Assembly: GCA_000320545.1 (NCBI GenBank)
Contig: ADNK01002652.1
Coordinates: 1-52,613, forward strand
Length of the DNA stretch: 52,613 nucleotides
Reading direction: 5' to 3'
From: Bigelowiella natans CCMP2755
Taxonomy: Eukaryota > Protista > Cercozoa
The notes beneath the pieces were generated by a model that saw only the letters and a program-made list of their open reading frames with translations, was not told where the DNA came from and did no database searches. A program made the position numbers and the translations under genes. Position 1 is the first letter of the stretch, and each line of letters begins with the position of its first letter. This document shows positions 26,877 to 40,409 of this stretch, in pieces.

Positions 26877-29395
26877 TTTGAGTCCGCCCCAGTGTTGAAC
26901 ACTGTCTCATTCGTACACCCTCATCATCCATCGCAGGCATTTGTGCACGAAGTGTGGGACTGTGTGCTGCAGTGAATGCGCGCCATACAAGGTAGGCGTG
27001 TAGATAACACTGCACTATAAAACAAAATGTAGAGGGATATGTTAACAAAGCATTTCTGGGTACATCTACAAGGACAAATCGTGCAAAAGCTGACAATCGC
27101 CCCCCTCCTTCTCTTTATGTCCTCAGATGTACATAAAGGAAGGAGATAATAAAAAGGGGCGTGTTTGTACTGCATGTGTAATGATGCTCGTTGGCAAGAA
27201 GTGCAATCGGTACAGTGCGTATTTTTTGCGTGAATATCACACACGTGCACATGTCAATTGAGGCAGAAACAAACGCTAGCACACAAACAAATAAAGATGT
27301 GTTTATTCCATATCATTATCAATATATGAATAGGTTCGCTTTTGTTTTTAATCCTTTCTATGACCCAATTCCCTTGGTGCTTCCCCGCTTTGTAGCACAC
27401 TGTACTCGCCTGAACAGCTACCAAACTCAAGATCTCGCTCTTCTCGAAGTAGTGGCCACGTAGAAGGTTTCCTTATTATTTCCTACTCTCTTAGAAATAG
27501 CCGAAAATACACCCGTATAGAACGGGTGACCCGGTGCTGTTTTCGAATGGTATTTATTAAAAAAGACTGCCCATAACACTGTTGTTTCGACTCTTGCAGC
27601 AAAATCGACAAATGCCAATAGTACTACACGTACATGGGAAAACCAGGAAAACGTTCCGAGTGGCAATAGTAGGGAAGCAGCACAGAAATCCTTTCACGGT
27701 CATTTCTGCTTTTCATTGCGAATATTTCAGTGCCTTATTTCGAAGAATAAATACTTGTTCATAGTGTGCGGTGCGGTAGCAATGTAGAGCCAACGTTATT
27801 CGGTGAAGTTACAAGGCATCTGTATTTTGAGAGATAGTCTAGGTGACGCGGTGTCGGTAGTTCTCGGTTTTTATTATTGAGCGTGATCAATGTTTTGGGC
27901 AGGAACGTTGAGGATATTACTTCTGGAAGGTTGTCAGCATGCTGTTTTTGTTGCGTCGCTACTAGGAATCTGTGTGATTGCGGAGCTGTGTTGCCGAAGA
28001 AAACGTCTAAAAATATCATTTGTTGAGAATATGTCTTGAGTAAGCCGAGATGGCCATTTTGCCACATTACATTCGTCGTTACCACTCCACGTTCATTGGT
28101 TATCAATACTACTATCATCACAATAGGTAAAAACTTGAAAATGGGTAGGCTGCACACTCCGGATCCTTTCATCATATTTTGCACTGCAGACGACCAAAAA
28201 GTAAGAGCAACATCCTCGCATAATCCTTTTTTCCAATACCAGATAGGAGAACATATAACGACGCAAACGGTGATGGTATTGTTGGCGTTTACTCGGTCTC
28301 CAACAATCAATACCAATACAGCACGTTTTTACGTACTTATGTGCATGTGTGCGCGAGAGTGTGGGGGGGGGAAGGGGAAATACTATTGGAAGAATATTTA
28401 TGTTGTGAGATTGGTTAATGATCATTAAAGGCGCGAAGCAAGACGATTAAAAAAACAACGCATCCTGAGTGGAATCAGGTTAGGAGTAACGATATCCTTA
28501 GTACTCAATGCAAGAGATATTGATAATATCAAGTAGTCAGGTGGTTTCAATATAGAACTATTAAATATTAAACACATTCGCTGAATATCACAATCATAAC
28601 AACGCACATCTCCTCACAAAGCGCATGACAACTTCGTTTCTGTCCCCTTTCCCCCCCTCTGCTGTCAAATCCAATTGGGCTGGCTATTGAAGGAGCTCCG
28701 TGTCTTCGTCGACTCGTTAGAGAACCCAATAGGTTTTAAGGTATCGCGTAGAAAGGGAAGTACCATGTCAATAATGACGGAGATGCTGACATTGATAATA
28801 ATAAGTGCAGTCGCAGCAACCATCAGTATTTTCCAACTCATGTGGTGTGTGGTGTGGAGAATCTGGCGCAGTTTCCAAATTTGGCATAAGTTATTCTCTG
28901 TGCGACTTCAACCGCCATTGCGTGTTGTCGCCCCATATTTCCTTGGAAAGAACACAAAAAATTCTATAAATTGTATTTTTGTTCTGAAGGTTCATGATGC
29001 GAGGAGCCTCTCTAAGCATGCTGTTATCGGACATGGCTCCTTCACCATTAATCACCTCGCGGTCAATACATTATAACCCACACAAAATCGACTTGTTCTG
29101 TCGTAGTGTTGGAAAAGAGTGCATTACATGATATTTTTCCTAATTTCATAACGGCGGTGTTTGATCCCATTTCATCGGGATATATCTTTAGGATGCCATG
29201 GCGAGAGATATGTGGCTTTTGGCTATTTTAGATGGGAGGTCGTCAGGATATATCCATGTTAAGGTAATACTTCGGACACCATCGGTGTGACATACATTAG
29301 TACTAAGGGTTTAACTCCATCGTTTGTATGGCATCATGCAGGTTCAATTTTTAAAAGCTTTTAAGAAAAAAATACTCCGGCAGACCAGATACTAA
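22133..29395 (+). CDS. FGD/frabin-like Rho GEF: Pro-rich N-terminus, DH, PH, FYVE and C-terminal C2 domain
   Basis: DH: RRKIADELLATERTYVKWL, LIFSDI, GDILIAFTPHFKMYRQFVEN, LLIAPVQRIPRYGLLINEYIKYTDHRHPDY. PH: SRLLIHEGTLMKK, MLLFNDML, VYAKTNAEKEMWF. FYVE: CGNRFGIFKRRHLCTKCGTVCCSECA...RVCTAC. C2: GTLRILLLEGKNL, DPFII, ARSKTIKKTTHPEWNQEL, KVHD...IG, GYIHVKVQF. TAA at 29393-29395. Confidence 0.9.
24208..24328. repeat. (TA)n and (CT)n intronic microsatellites; (CT)n abuts the splice acceptor
   Basis: The (CT)n run ends ...ctctctctag|cgcattcctc, directly before the DH-domain exon RIPRY. Confidence 0.95.
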
Positions 29396-29399
29396 TGTC

Positions 29400-29950
29400 G
29401 AGCTATTGTTTCTTCGAGAATCAACAACTAAAGGCAAAAGACGCTTTTGCAACCTTTTGGACAGCTCTAGAGCTCGACAGAATCGAACTTGTGCATGCAC
29501 TGATGCACGTTTTGTGTCTAGACTGCCTTGCGCTGCATCGTCCATTGTCAAGCTAGCACGGCTCACATTTCCATTTGGTGAACCCATTCATGATCAAAGC
29601 ACACGCTAGCACGTCTCATGCTGTTCTTCTCATTCCACGCACAACCCTAGAACTTCTAGACTTTCTGCTGTGCGCGTTGGCTAGTTGGCGCGAGCGAACT
29701 CATCATCCATCTGGCTAGCTAGCCATCTCTCGGAATTTTCTTCCGAGCTAGCGAGGGCCGTCTAGCCGTCACGTTTCTCACGAAAGCTAGAAAGTCCCAA
29801 GAGACAATCGCGATGTGTCATGTCTGGGGCACAAGAATCAAAAAATCAAAAAAAGAGCCCACCTCCCCACACTCCCCTTCGCTAGCTTCGGGGTTTGTCT
29901 CAAGTAGTTTGTTTTGGCTGGGCTCTTGCTAGCTTGGTGAAGATTCTAGT
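29400..29950. other. Palindrome-rich zone downstream of the RhoGEF stop codon
   Basis: agctctagagct, gctagc (several copies), tctaga, tgcatgca. Confidence 0.6.
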
Positions 29951-30488
29951 TCCTTTGCAGCACCATGCACCTCCAATTTGCTGCTTCCTGTTCTTCCAGG
30001 CCGTTGACGAAAACAAACCAGAGTGGGTAGGTAGTTTTTCGGAGAGCGACAGAGTACATCTAAGTAATCGGAATCAGCGAGTTTCTCTTTGTTGCAGGCA
30101 GTGACAACGCTAACACCCAGTGTGTGTTTGTGCAAATCAATTGATGTTAGTGCTTCAAAGAGCGCTATGGGCGTCTCGATTGTCGCACGGTGAAAACCCC
30201 ATCTTATTGAAGAGAAAATACCTTTCCTCTTAATGTCGCTCTTCGTTTTTCGCATGATCACCGGAATTAGTAGAGGAAAAGAGAAGTGGGATGATGTCGC
30301 ATGTGGACGACTGAGGGCATTTGAGATGAAGCTTAGTTGATGTGCAACTTCCTTGGGAATACCAAAGGCAATCGGCAGCAAGCAACCCCTGCCTCCTCCC
30401 CTCCCTCCTCATCCAAAACCGGTGCAAAAATTTGTCACTTCTGGGGGTACACGACACGACGAGCATAGGCGCCGGGACATTTTGATTG

Positions 30489-32507
30489 ATGACGATAGGC
30501 ATGGAAGAAGAAAACAGTCGCAGTCGGTCTGAAAACCGACCGGTGGTTCCTTCTAAGCAGCTGTCATTAGAGGAAGAATCCAAATTAGACGACGAAGAAT
30601 CTTTGTGGAAGGGGTCGGAAGAGAGTAGCACTGATGCGCCAATTGGCAAGCTGCATGATCTAAACTTGCCGGCATATTTGAAGTATAACCCATTTTTCTA
30701 CATGGTCGCCACGGTGAGGCGCTTCGTCGATTGGCTTCAAGGCTTATCCAGTCAGGCAACGGCCGGCCTACTGCTCTCGATTTTCGCGGTGCAGCATCTT
30801 CAAAAGGGCCTGGTGCAGTCCTACATGAGCAATGCAATGTCATTCTACTTCCGGGATCGCGGAGGCATCTCTGCCGATGAATTGCAGATTTACATGGCCG
30901 TTGTTATGACACCATGGGCCCTCAAAGGACTGATGGGGGTGGGAAGCGATGTCTTCGCTGTTGGTGGATATCACAAGATCCCGTTCATGCTGGCCACGTC
31001 TATAGGCGCTATCTTTGCGTTATTCACACTTGGAACTTCGCCCCAGCTTTCCATCCCTGCGGCTCTGATGTGCCTCTTCATTGGCCAAATGCATATCGCC
31101 CTCAACGACCTACTCATAGAAGCGCGGTACTCCGAGAAGATCCAGCAGAACCCTAGCATAAATTCAGACATGGGTTCCTTTGTTTGGGGGGGCATGATGT
31201 GCATGTCATTCGTCGCAGTTGGGACGGTGGGAATCGTGATATCGACGCTGGGAGCTCGTTACGTCTTCGCACTTGTGTGCGCCCCGATTGCTTTGGGAAC
31301 CATTCCAATAGCGTTCAACCTGCTTGGTGATAAGCGCTTGGTGGGTGAAAGGAGCTCCTGCTGCGTCCACGTCGATACAACTATTTTACAACGCCAAGGT
31401 ATCACTACTGGGATCTAACTTTAATTATTTTTCAAAAAAACACCTTTGTCACCCGTATCTACCTGAAAGCTGACCAGCGCAAAATAATATCAATAATTAC
31501 ATTTCCGCTTTGAACGTTCTCTTTGTGATGTTGTTTTCCGTACAGGGTGGGACTTTACGAAGCTCGCTGTGCTAATGACGGTGCTAAGTTTGGGCCTGGC
31601 AGCCTCCGGAATCCTTGTCGATGACATCAACTTTAACTTCGGGCTCTCGATTTCGTGCGGAATCGTCACGATTATCGGTTTCTACATTTACACTCCCCGC
31701 ATGATCGCAAACGTAAATGCGTACACGCTGATCCAAACGCTCTTCTCGTGCAGCATCGAGGGAGCGACCTTCTACTTCTTCACGGACGGCCCGGAGCAGT
31801 ATCCTGAAGGCCCTCACTTCTCCGACTGGTTCTACACGACGGCCATTGGCCTCGTTGCGGCTGGCACCGCAATTCTCGGGATCGTCTTATTCAACCTCTA
31901 CCTTGGGGACCAGAACTATCAGACGATTTTCACGTGGTCCACTCTAGTGTACTCCTCGCTCTCCCTCGTCAACGTCGTCGTCTACAAGCGCTGGAATGTG
32001 GCTTGGGGCGTGTCGGATAAGGCGTTTGTCCTAGGCTCGTCGGCGCTGACGACTGTCATCTCCGAGTTCAACTACATGCCAGCGGTGATGATTATGTCAC
32101 GGCTGTGCCCGAAGGGCATGGAGGCGACGATGTTCGCCCTGCTGGCAAGCGCTTCCAACCTCGGCGGCAACATCTCGAGCTACTCCGGCGCTTTCGTGCT
32201 TGACTATTTCAATGTGCGGCCAGACGGATCTGCTGATGAGAGCGATCAGTTCTCCAACTTGTGGCTGGTGTCCCTCATCACCTCTGTTCTTCCTTGCCTC
32301 CCCCTCCTCTTACTGCCGTATCTCATTCCGAACGCAAGGCCGACAGATCCTCTCCCGGGCATTGATGATGCTGACGACGAGGACGATCACGAGGGTGGTG
32401 TTGATAAGGAGAAGCAGTACGGTGTGAGGGGCCAAAATGACACAGCCAGGTTGCTCTCCGATGACGGGGGGGGAGAGGAGAATGAGGGAGAAGAAGAAGA
32501 AGAATAA
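30489..32507 (+). CDS. Folate-biopterin transporter (BT1/FBT family, MFS), two exons (intron 31399-31545)
   Basis: TPWALKGLMGVGSD, GYHKIPF, LNDLLIEARYSE, SIEGATFYFFTD...PHFSDWFY, SRLCPKGMEATMFALLASASNLG, NLWLVSLI are BT1-family motifs; ~12 hydrophobic segments; the in-frame join reads RQ-G-WDFTKL. Confidence 0.93.
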
Positions 32508-32849
32508 GGGGGAGGAGGAGGTGCAGGTCATGGGGAGAATGCTAGTTTTATCGGCTATTTTATGAATTTGGGAAGCAAGAATGCATAGAATGAAGATGAG
32601 GAGGACATCTAAGTGGAACCATCCCAGCTGATGTTAATACGAAAATGCTGCGTAATAGTAGCAGCTGAAGATGCGCTGGATAATGCGAGAGAAATATCCT
32701 CCCATGACCGAACATAGAATCGAAACTGTACCATGGCACAAAGTCGGATGAATTGCCCAGAATGCTAGCACATTCATATAAATAGGTCAGAGAAAAGCGC
32801 CAGAAAAACAATTACAGTTTCACTCATGAAATATTGTATCCCTACGCGC

Positions 32850-33450
32850 ACGCGACACGACATGCATGAAGTAGAGGTATCTATGCATTGGGCGTGCCAT
32901 ACTACTTATTACCTACTCTCATGCGTGAAATCGTTATATGTATTTGTAGCAACACAAGCCGATCTACGCTTCGCTTGATTGTTGAGCTCATTAGCACGCT
33001 AGCACGCTTGCGCTGTCTAGCTGTCTAGCTGTGCATGCATGGTCAGATGTACCAGTATAGCTTCTACTGTGATGAGCTGTGAATCTGCAAGCGTCTAGAT
33101 GTGATTGTTTGTTTTCAGCCTGCTAGCATGCTCTAGCTAGCATGTGCTAGTTTAGTAGTATGCATCGCATCGAGTAGTGAATTAACAAATTGTTTATTTG
33201 TGATTGATACGAGCCGTAGAGTGTGCACTCGTTTGTCATTATTGCACGCACATGCTAGCATGCGTGCTTTGGTATTCTTCTGCATTCTAGATTTTCGCAA
33301 GATGAGTCAGCATTTATGATTGATATGCTGAAGATCAAAAAAATTGATTAAAACTTCTGCATTGATTGCCGATGATACTACACGAACGTACGTGCGAGCA
33401 TGCATGCCAAACACCAACTCATCATCTAGTCTCATGATTCGAGCTCATCA
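32850..33450. other. Palindrome-rich 3' zone between the convergent FBT and granulin-like genes
   Basis: tgctagcatgctctagctagcatgtgctag, gtctagctgtctagctg, gcatgcatg. Confidence 0.6.
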
Positions 33451-33463
33451 TTTGCCGCACTCC

Positions 33464-34568
33464 TCACCCGAGTGTGGACGACGCAACACACTAAAGTTAT
33501 TGCCAACCGGTCGCATCGAGGAAGAAGAGGAAAGAATGATGTGATTTACACCGTTTTGATGGTACCACAAATAGCAACGTATCACCAGCGCACGGACACG
33601 ATAGGAAAGATACCCATAGATAGATGGTAACAATATGACGACCGGGAAGTAGCGAGGAGAATCATTCAAAAGCACGCATTGAGTCCCGATTTTGGAGCAG
33701 GTACCATTTCAATCATAATCAGCATGAACGTCGGCCCAGAAAATCCATAATTTACGATGTAGGCCATTAAAAAAAATACACAACAAAAATGACATCGAAA
33801 ATGTTAGAGGTGATGAGGTCTGGCTTGATGATGGGTGCAGAGTTTGTATCGTGAGCTTGTTTCACCTTGTAGCATAGCGATGATGCACACACGGCGTTTG
33901 ACGCGTCGGGACATCCTAGAGAGTATTCAGCAACAAATTTAGTCTTTCGATAAGATAATCTGCATTTTCCTTGAACTACGGAGAAAATAATGATTTGTTA
34001 TCATGTAAATTGTCGCATGATCATCGCCGATATCATGGCCCTACCTTTGCACACTGCACATCCTTGACTATCGGCTGAGTTCGTGCAAGAATTAAATTAA
34101 ATATATGTCATCTCTATACACCCCCTGACCCACCAGCATCTGCACACGATAAGCTCATAACATTCATTATACATTTTACACGCGGTGCCTTTTGAATCGA
34201 GAGGATAGTACACTATTGCTAGTTTTTCTGAACGTGCCGCGCACTGTCAGAGAAATTTTTAGTGCTGTAATAAAGCATACCGAGAGGGTCTCCATCGCAT
34301 CGATCCTCCGCTGTGAATGAGCACATATACACAACACAACCGACTCAACCATTGGCTCAGAAGGGAAGCATATGGGATTTTTCCTTTTAGACCAACGTCT
34401 CTCGTCACATGGTGATATGCTCCGTTGTTCGTGCTGCCACTCTAATACTGCGCGTGCGTTGGTTCTCACCATTTCCGAGATGAGCGCTGCCATCGGATTC
34501 GAACGCTACGTGGCCAACGCATTTCTGGGAAAATTCACACACAAATATTTACACACACACACACACAT

Positions 34569-34628
<60 letters not shown>

Positions 34629-34737
34629 TATAATATATATATATATTTATATTCGACTACCATTCCGTTCTGCGACTACCATTCCGTTCGTTGGATGATC
34701 AACACATTGGAAGCCCTCTGGGCAGCAGCTTCTGAGA

Positions 34738-34773
<36 letters not shown>

Positions 34774-35136
34774 CATTTGACGATGCCTCAGTGTGAGAGG
34801 AATGATGATGCGTAAAATGTGAGATTGGATCTCGATTCAGGAACGCAACAGACACGAGTGCGCAAGAGCAATGGATAAAATGAATGTAACGAACTACAAC
34901 CTTGACTAACAAGATACTGAATGAAAAACTATCAAGAGGAAAAGAAGGTAGCGCTATGGAATCGAAAATCAACAAGAAACTGCATTCAAATCAAGGGGGA
35001 TTCGGAAATATGCAATGGATGGTACCCGTGCTGGTAACAGCACACAGCATCACCTGATCATGTGTAAGTTATGGAGTATAAATGTTTGTGTGTGTGTGAG
35101 TGTGTATGTGTGCTGTGTGTTAATTCTTCTATAGTC

Positions 35137-35193
<57 letters not shown>

Positions 35194-36132
35194 TTTCTCA
35201 CTCATTTTCTCTCTCCATTTATTAAATTCCAGGCACTTTGTTGCACGTACCCGGAAAGGGACACATCATTTTCGGCTGGCATTGCTACAGCATTTAACAA
35301 CACAAATTATTTCATCAGCTAAAATCATGACAGCATTACCGAACAACAAACTATTCGATGCTACACGCACACGAGCGGAAAAGACATGAAAGAAAGACGT
35401 TGTTGTACTAAATACACGTATATCCGCATGTTGGTGGGTGTTGGCTATTTAGCCACTGCCGTTCCAAACCAGCAATCCATATAGTTCCGGTAGAAAATAA
35501 CAAATATTTGTTGCGGCGAAGATGTATTGCGAACGGTGCAAGTGGGTTCCACATATCACAGAATTTTCCATGTCTGTTTCTATCCTCATCTCAGGATGTA
35601 TTATTTTGAAGAGAATCTATCTTTACGTTTTGTTGTTTTGGTTATTCCTACTACCTTGTTGTTTTTAAATAAGCCCTTACTGGGGTCTCGAAGTGATACC
35701 TGTATACGTGTTTCGTGTGCGTACTTTTCTCTTGTGAATGTGAGAGAGAGAGAGAGAGAAAGTGCTTTCTCTCCAAAATCCCACCGTTGCGTTGGCTTGA
35801 TGGACGAGAAACTGAGCAGCTTTTGTGCATGTTTTCGTTTTCCTTGTCCCCACTACTATGGCTCTAACACCGAAGTGCTGTTGATGAAGTGGCAAGTGAA
35901 ACGCTAGTCCGAAAATCCAGAAGAAAGACCAGAATCTGTTTATGTAAGTTGTGCTCTTAAATTTTGAACAATGTTGGTAGATTTTTAAGAAGGCCACGAA
36001 TTCGCTCAATCATCGCACACAGAAAATTTGGGTCTTAAATTTGAACAACGCATCTGAATTCTATCTCCTCCCCTGCCCCAAAGGAAACCTAGCTGCCTTC
36101 GACGCAGCCTTGCCCCAATCGAGGTCAGCCAT
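33464..36132 (-). CDS. Small Cys-rich protein with a granulin-like module, many very short exons
   Basis: Exons 35251-35284, 35026-35053, 34680-34731 and downstream exons join in phase to QCQPKMMCPFPGDAVCCYQHGSCCPEGFQCVDHPTNGMKCVGH...RCDGD...GCAVCKGCPDASNAVCASSLCYK. The first and last exons are less certain. Confidence 0.65.
34551..34650. repeat. (CA)n(TA)n intronic microsatellite
   Basis: Directly visible. Confidence 0.95.
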
Positions 36133-36991
36133 TATATTTGAATTATTTGTTTTAAAAAAAACTTTTCAAGTCGCGCATGCTTATCTAAATAAAAAATCGG
36201 CTTAAATCATTTCATTTGCCGTTTTCATAGTAGCGACAGCATGATAATAGCATCGCAGGCTTGTTTATCGCAAAATTAAGGAATGCGGAAAACCCCCTGA
36301 GTTCGGACGGTGATGCTTGTTGCTACGCCAGATTTCGATGAAAATAGTAGGTCAGCAGAAAGTTAGGGGAAATCCCGAAATTATTGGGACGAATTTTCCT
36401 TCTCTCGTTGGTCTTTGTGGAATGACTCCGACGAAGGGATAAGAAGAAGACAAATGACATCCATTGGAGAATTCGAAGGAATTCCTGGCATTTAGCCCAA
36501 AAACGGGCTGCAAAAGAGCGCATCATTTCACGATTGCCTCTTCCACATTCCGGAATCTACGGTATGGCACTTGTAGCACCACCGGCTAGCAAAAGGAAAT
36601 CGACGATGATATCGTGAAAACCCCCTCAATTCGCGCCGATCGACAACGCAAAAGCAAACTAAAGGGTAACTCGGACGCCGTGTAAACTCCACATTGAGTA
36701 CTCAATAGCTCTAGAGCACGGAAGCCTTCACAAAGGACAAAGGAAAGCGAGAGGTAAAAGGGGAAAAGACAAGTAACAAGGTATCGGAAGCCATTTCTTT
36801 GCCCTACTAGTCCATGTGATATGCATTATGGAGTTCGAAGCGCGTGCGGGGTTTGGACTCTCTCATTTTGCTCAAAATTTCTCTTCGGGAAGAGAAAGAA
36901 AAAAGCCAAATGATGAAGGCCGTTGTTTATGAACATAGCTCAATTTTAGAGACAAAGATCTTCGTTGCAGGAGGAAACAAAGCTGGATACA

Positions 36992-37531
36992 ATGACTTCT
37001 CTCGCATCTCACGTAGCCATCTTTCTCGTATTTTCTGCTGGTATTCGTTGCATCGGAGGATCTTCATCCTCGACAAACGAACTTCCACAGTGCAAGCTTG
37101 TAAAGCCTGGCGGGAAACCACCGGATGTAGAGAGACAAAGGGCAAGGTACAGCGTTCTATCGAAGTTGTTTCGCACGCAAATGTTTAGATCTAAATATGA
37201 TATTCTCTTTGAACGCAACACCTTTGAGGTTATAGATTCCGAAAGTGGTTTTCATTACCGACGCCAACAAATCAAATTTTCTTTATTGGAAGTTGCATCA
37301 TCGTTGGAAAAGAGGATACAACTATATCAACATAGGGGTCCAATGTGCAGCGTCAAGTATCTTGGTTGTGTAGACTATCTTAGGTTGTGCCCCAAAATAA
37401 ATATGCATCTTTTTCCGAACTCAGAATTGCTTTTTTCAGTGAGGAGAGGATTCACGCAAACGTTTCAGCACAGGAGATGTGCTATATGAACGAAATAGGT
37501 GAGGAAACAGGGCTGAATCCGTCGCATATGG

Positions 37532-37573
<42 letters not shown>

Positions 37574-40370
37574 TATCGACACATGAATTTACCAAAAATG
37601 CATTTTATTTGGAGAAGAATTCTACGTCTTTTCTAGAAACGAATCACACTTTTCCGTCTCATCCTTCTTCCTACCTGTCTTCGACCTTATTTTACCCTCC
37701 CCATAGTCGAACATGCTTTAGATACGGGAAAGATCTTCGTAGCGATAGCTAGAAGTTCCAAGTAAAACCACGATATGATGATAGTTGTGATGGTGATGAT
37801 GACACTTTTATAGACACACGTTGCATTTTGTATCTAGATCTTGCAAAATAAATTTTCAATGAAATAAACAGCATCAGCGGTTTGAGATAAAGAAAAATAT
37901 TGCCTCAGCCTGAAGAATGCAATATGTGTCACACTTTAGCTGTGGAAAGGTCTTTATGTACGAAGAACTTCCAAAATCCCTCAAAGCGAAGTTAAGAAAG
38001 AGCGGGGGGGATGGCTTGGCCGAAGACGGAAGTTGTGGCTTGTGCTGTGGCATACGGGTGATTGATAGAGAGGAAGAGGGAATGGGGGACAGGGGAGGGT
38101 GGAAGACTAGCAAAGCCAGTTATGTTTCATGGCAGAATAACAATATATGAAACTTATCTTCACTCTCAGAATTATCTGTTCCCAACCCCCTTCCCTCGCC
38201 ATTTTTTAACGCAATAGTCCGGTCTTCCATGCGGTAAGGAGACAATAATCGGTCCGAATGGCAAATACAGCTTCATCGAAAAACTAGCACTTTATCGCGT
38301 TGTAGACCCATGCGCAGACAGTAGCCAAAAAGGTCTGGATGCAGCTCTAGGAAAGGGGGGAGGAAGAAGCTATAACTTGGTTAACACCGTAAATAGTGTA
38401 AAGAGAAAATGCCAACGCTGCAGCCTGCCCGTCGAGCCTTTCATCGAACCTCTCCTAGCAACTGGCACAACGGTATTAGCTTCAATAGGATTCTTCCTTT
38501 TTATTGCCCTTGGAGCGGCAGTAATGCGGTCATTGCGATTCCGACCCCGTCTTTTCAAGGAACGGTCGCTGCCGAAGGGCGAAAGCAGCGTTAAAGCGGG
38601 AGGAGTGAGTGAGGATGTGGCCATATTCCCGCACATGCCGCAGCTTTCCCGGATGTTATCCGTGATTCGGATCCTCCTAGAGCACTTGACGTTATGGCTC
38701 CCAATCGTCGTATGCCTTGCAGTCGGGTTCATAAATTCTCCCTATGCGTGTAACACAGTCATATTCTGCCTGAAATCGATCAATGGCCCCGCTTTCGAGT
38801 GCACAGAGCAATACGTGCCGAAGATGCCGTTCATCCCGCAACATCTCGTTTCAATATCGCAGAATCAGCCTGGGGAGGAGGGGAATGGAAAGGAGCGAAA
38901 ATCGCTCCAAAACGGGGTATTCTAAATATATATATATATACATTTATATCATTTGTGTTTTGGGGGGTGGATGGCAGTATGCAACATTATACGTGATGTC
39001 ATTCATTAGAAATTTTCGAATTAACGAATTCATTTTAACCCGTGCTCGTGCTCGTCCCTCCCTCTTTATTTCGGATAAGATTACTCGAATCGTGCACCAA
39101 GTTGTGGACTACGGGCGCACAGCGGATAACGAGTTCCTTGTCCCAAAAATAGTCGCTCCGTACATTCATTCGTGTGCGGAGGCCATGAAGTACTCGATAC
39201 CGAAAGCAAAAAGCAATATATGCATAATGCCAAAATCTCTTCGCTAAATTTTTCACATCGAAACCGCGTCCAATATCATCTCCCTCAAGATCATTTCTAA
39301 CAACCATCTAATATCTCATATAAATGATAATATATAACGTCTCCTTACAAACTCCCCTTTTTTCTAGCTGGGAGCAGCGCTGGTGGGGTATCGATGCTGG
39401 GCGGCCAATCATTACAGAGATCGTAGAGGCGATCGGGTTGCCGCCTGATAAGTTCATGAAGACGTTCAATGCTACATTTCCGAATTACCGATACAATATG
39501 CTGCGCACAGCCATCATCTGGAAGTGAGTCAGCAATACACTCGATAGCAGATAGTCTCTGAAATGGTGATATGCTCGCATGAACAATTGCCTTGACGCGG
39601 TGCATGAGGCCGGAATATCTTGTTGATTTGAGGTGACTTGCATTTGCAAGTGCGTCTAGAATATAGAGAAGATGAAAATTTTGCTTATTTCTTTGGAGAA
39701 CGCGCCAGAGTTTGCGCTTGGTGATAACACCTACACTCCGTCTTTCTACGTTACCCGTTCCCCGTACAGGTACGGAGGGCTTTATGCCGACACCGATGTC
39801 ATTTGTCTGCGCTCTCCGGAGCATCTCCTTGACGATAACGATTTCAGCTACGCAATGGCTAGCGAGGAAAAAATCGAGGGGGCTCTATTCGCGGTGCGTC
39901 TGCGAGTCGTATCGTGGTGCGTTCAAGGGTTGTTTTCGCGATATGACACTTTTCCATATGCCGCTCCCCAACCCCTCCCCCTAGGCGCGGCCGAAGCATC
40001 CGTTCAATGAGCATTTGTTCCGCATCATGGTTGAAAGAGCGCACATTCCGACGATCTTCCAGCGGGCGCATGGTATGGGGCCTGAGGCGTTTCAGTACGC
40101 GATCGAGACGTATCCGAAGGACATGCCAAAGGTACAGCCCGCTTCCGTCTTTTCCGGGTGTTCAAAATGGGGGAAAGGCGACGAATGCACGCTAAGAAGA
40201 AGAAGAAGAAGAAGAAGAGTTACATGGCAGCATACATGTAGCGGTGGCGGTAGCGATTCCGGGGGAAAAGTAGTATGTAATTGTGGGATGTTAACGAAAG
40301 TTAGGAAAGATGTCGTAAGAGAAGATGGAATCCAAGCAATGATAAATTAAAAAGTAGGATGCGTGTATAT

Positions 40371-40409
<39 letters not shown>

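Noticed and set aside
34680-34731. Possible selenocysteine TGA in frame KLLPRGLPMC*SS
   Set aside because: Another frame (SCCPEGFQCVDHPTNGM) is open and in phase with both flanking exons.
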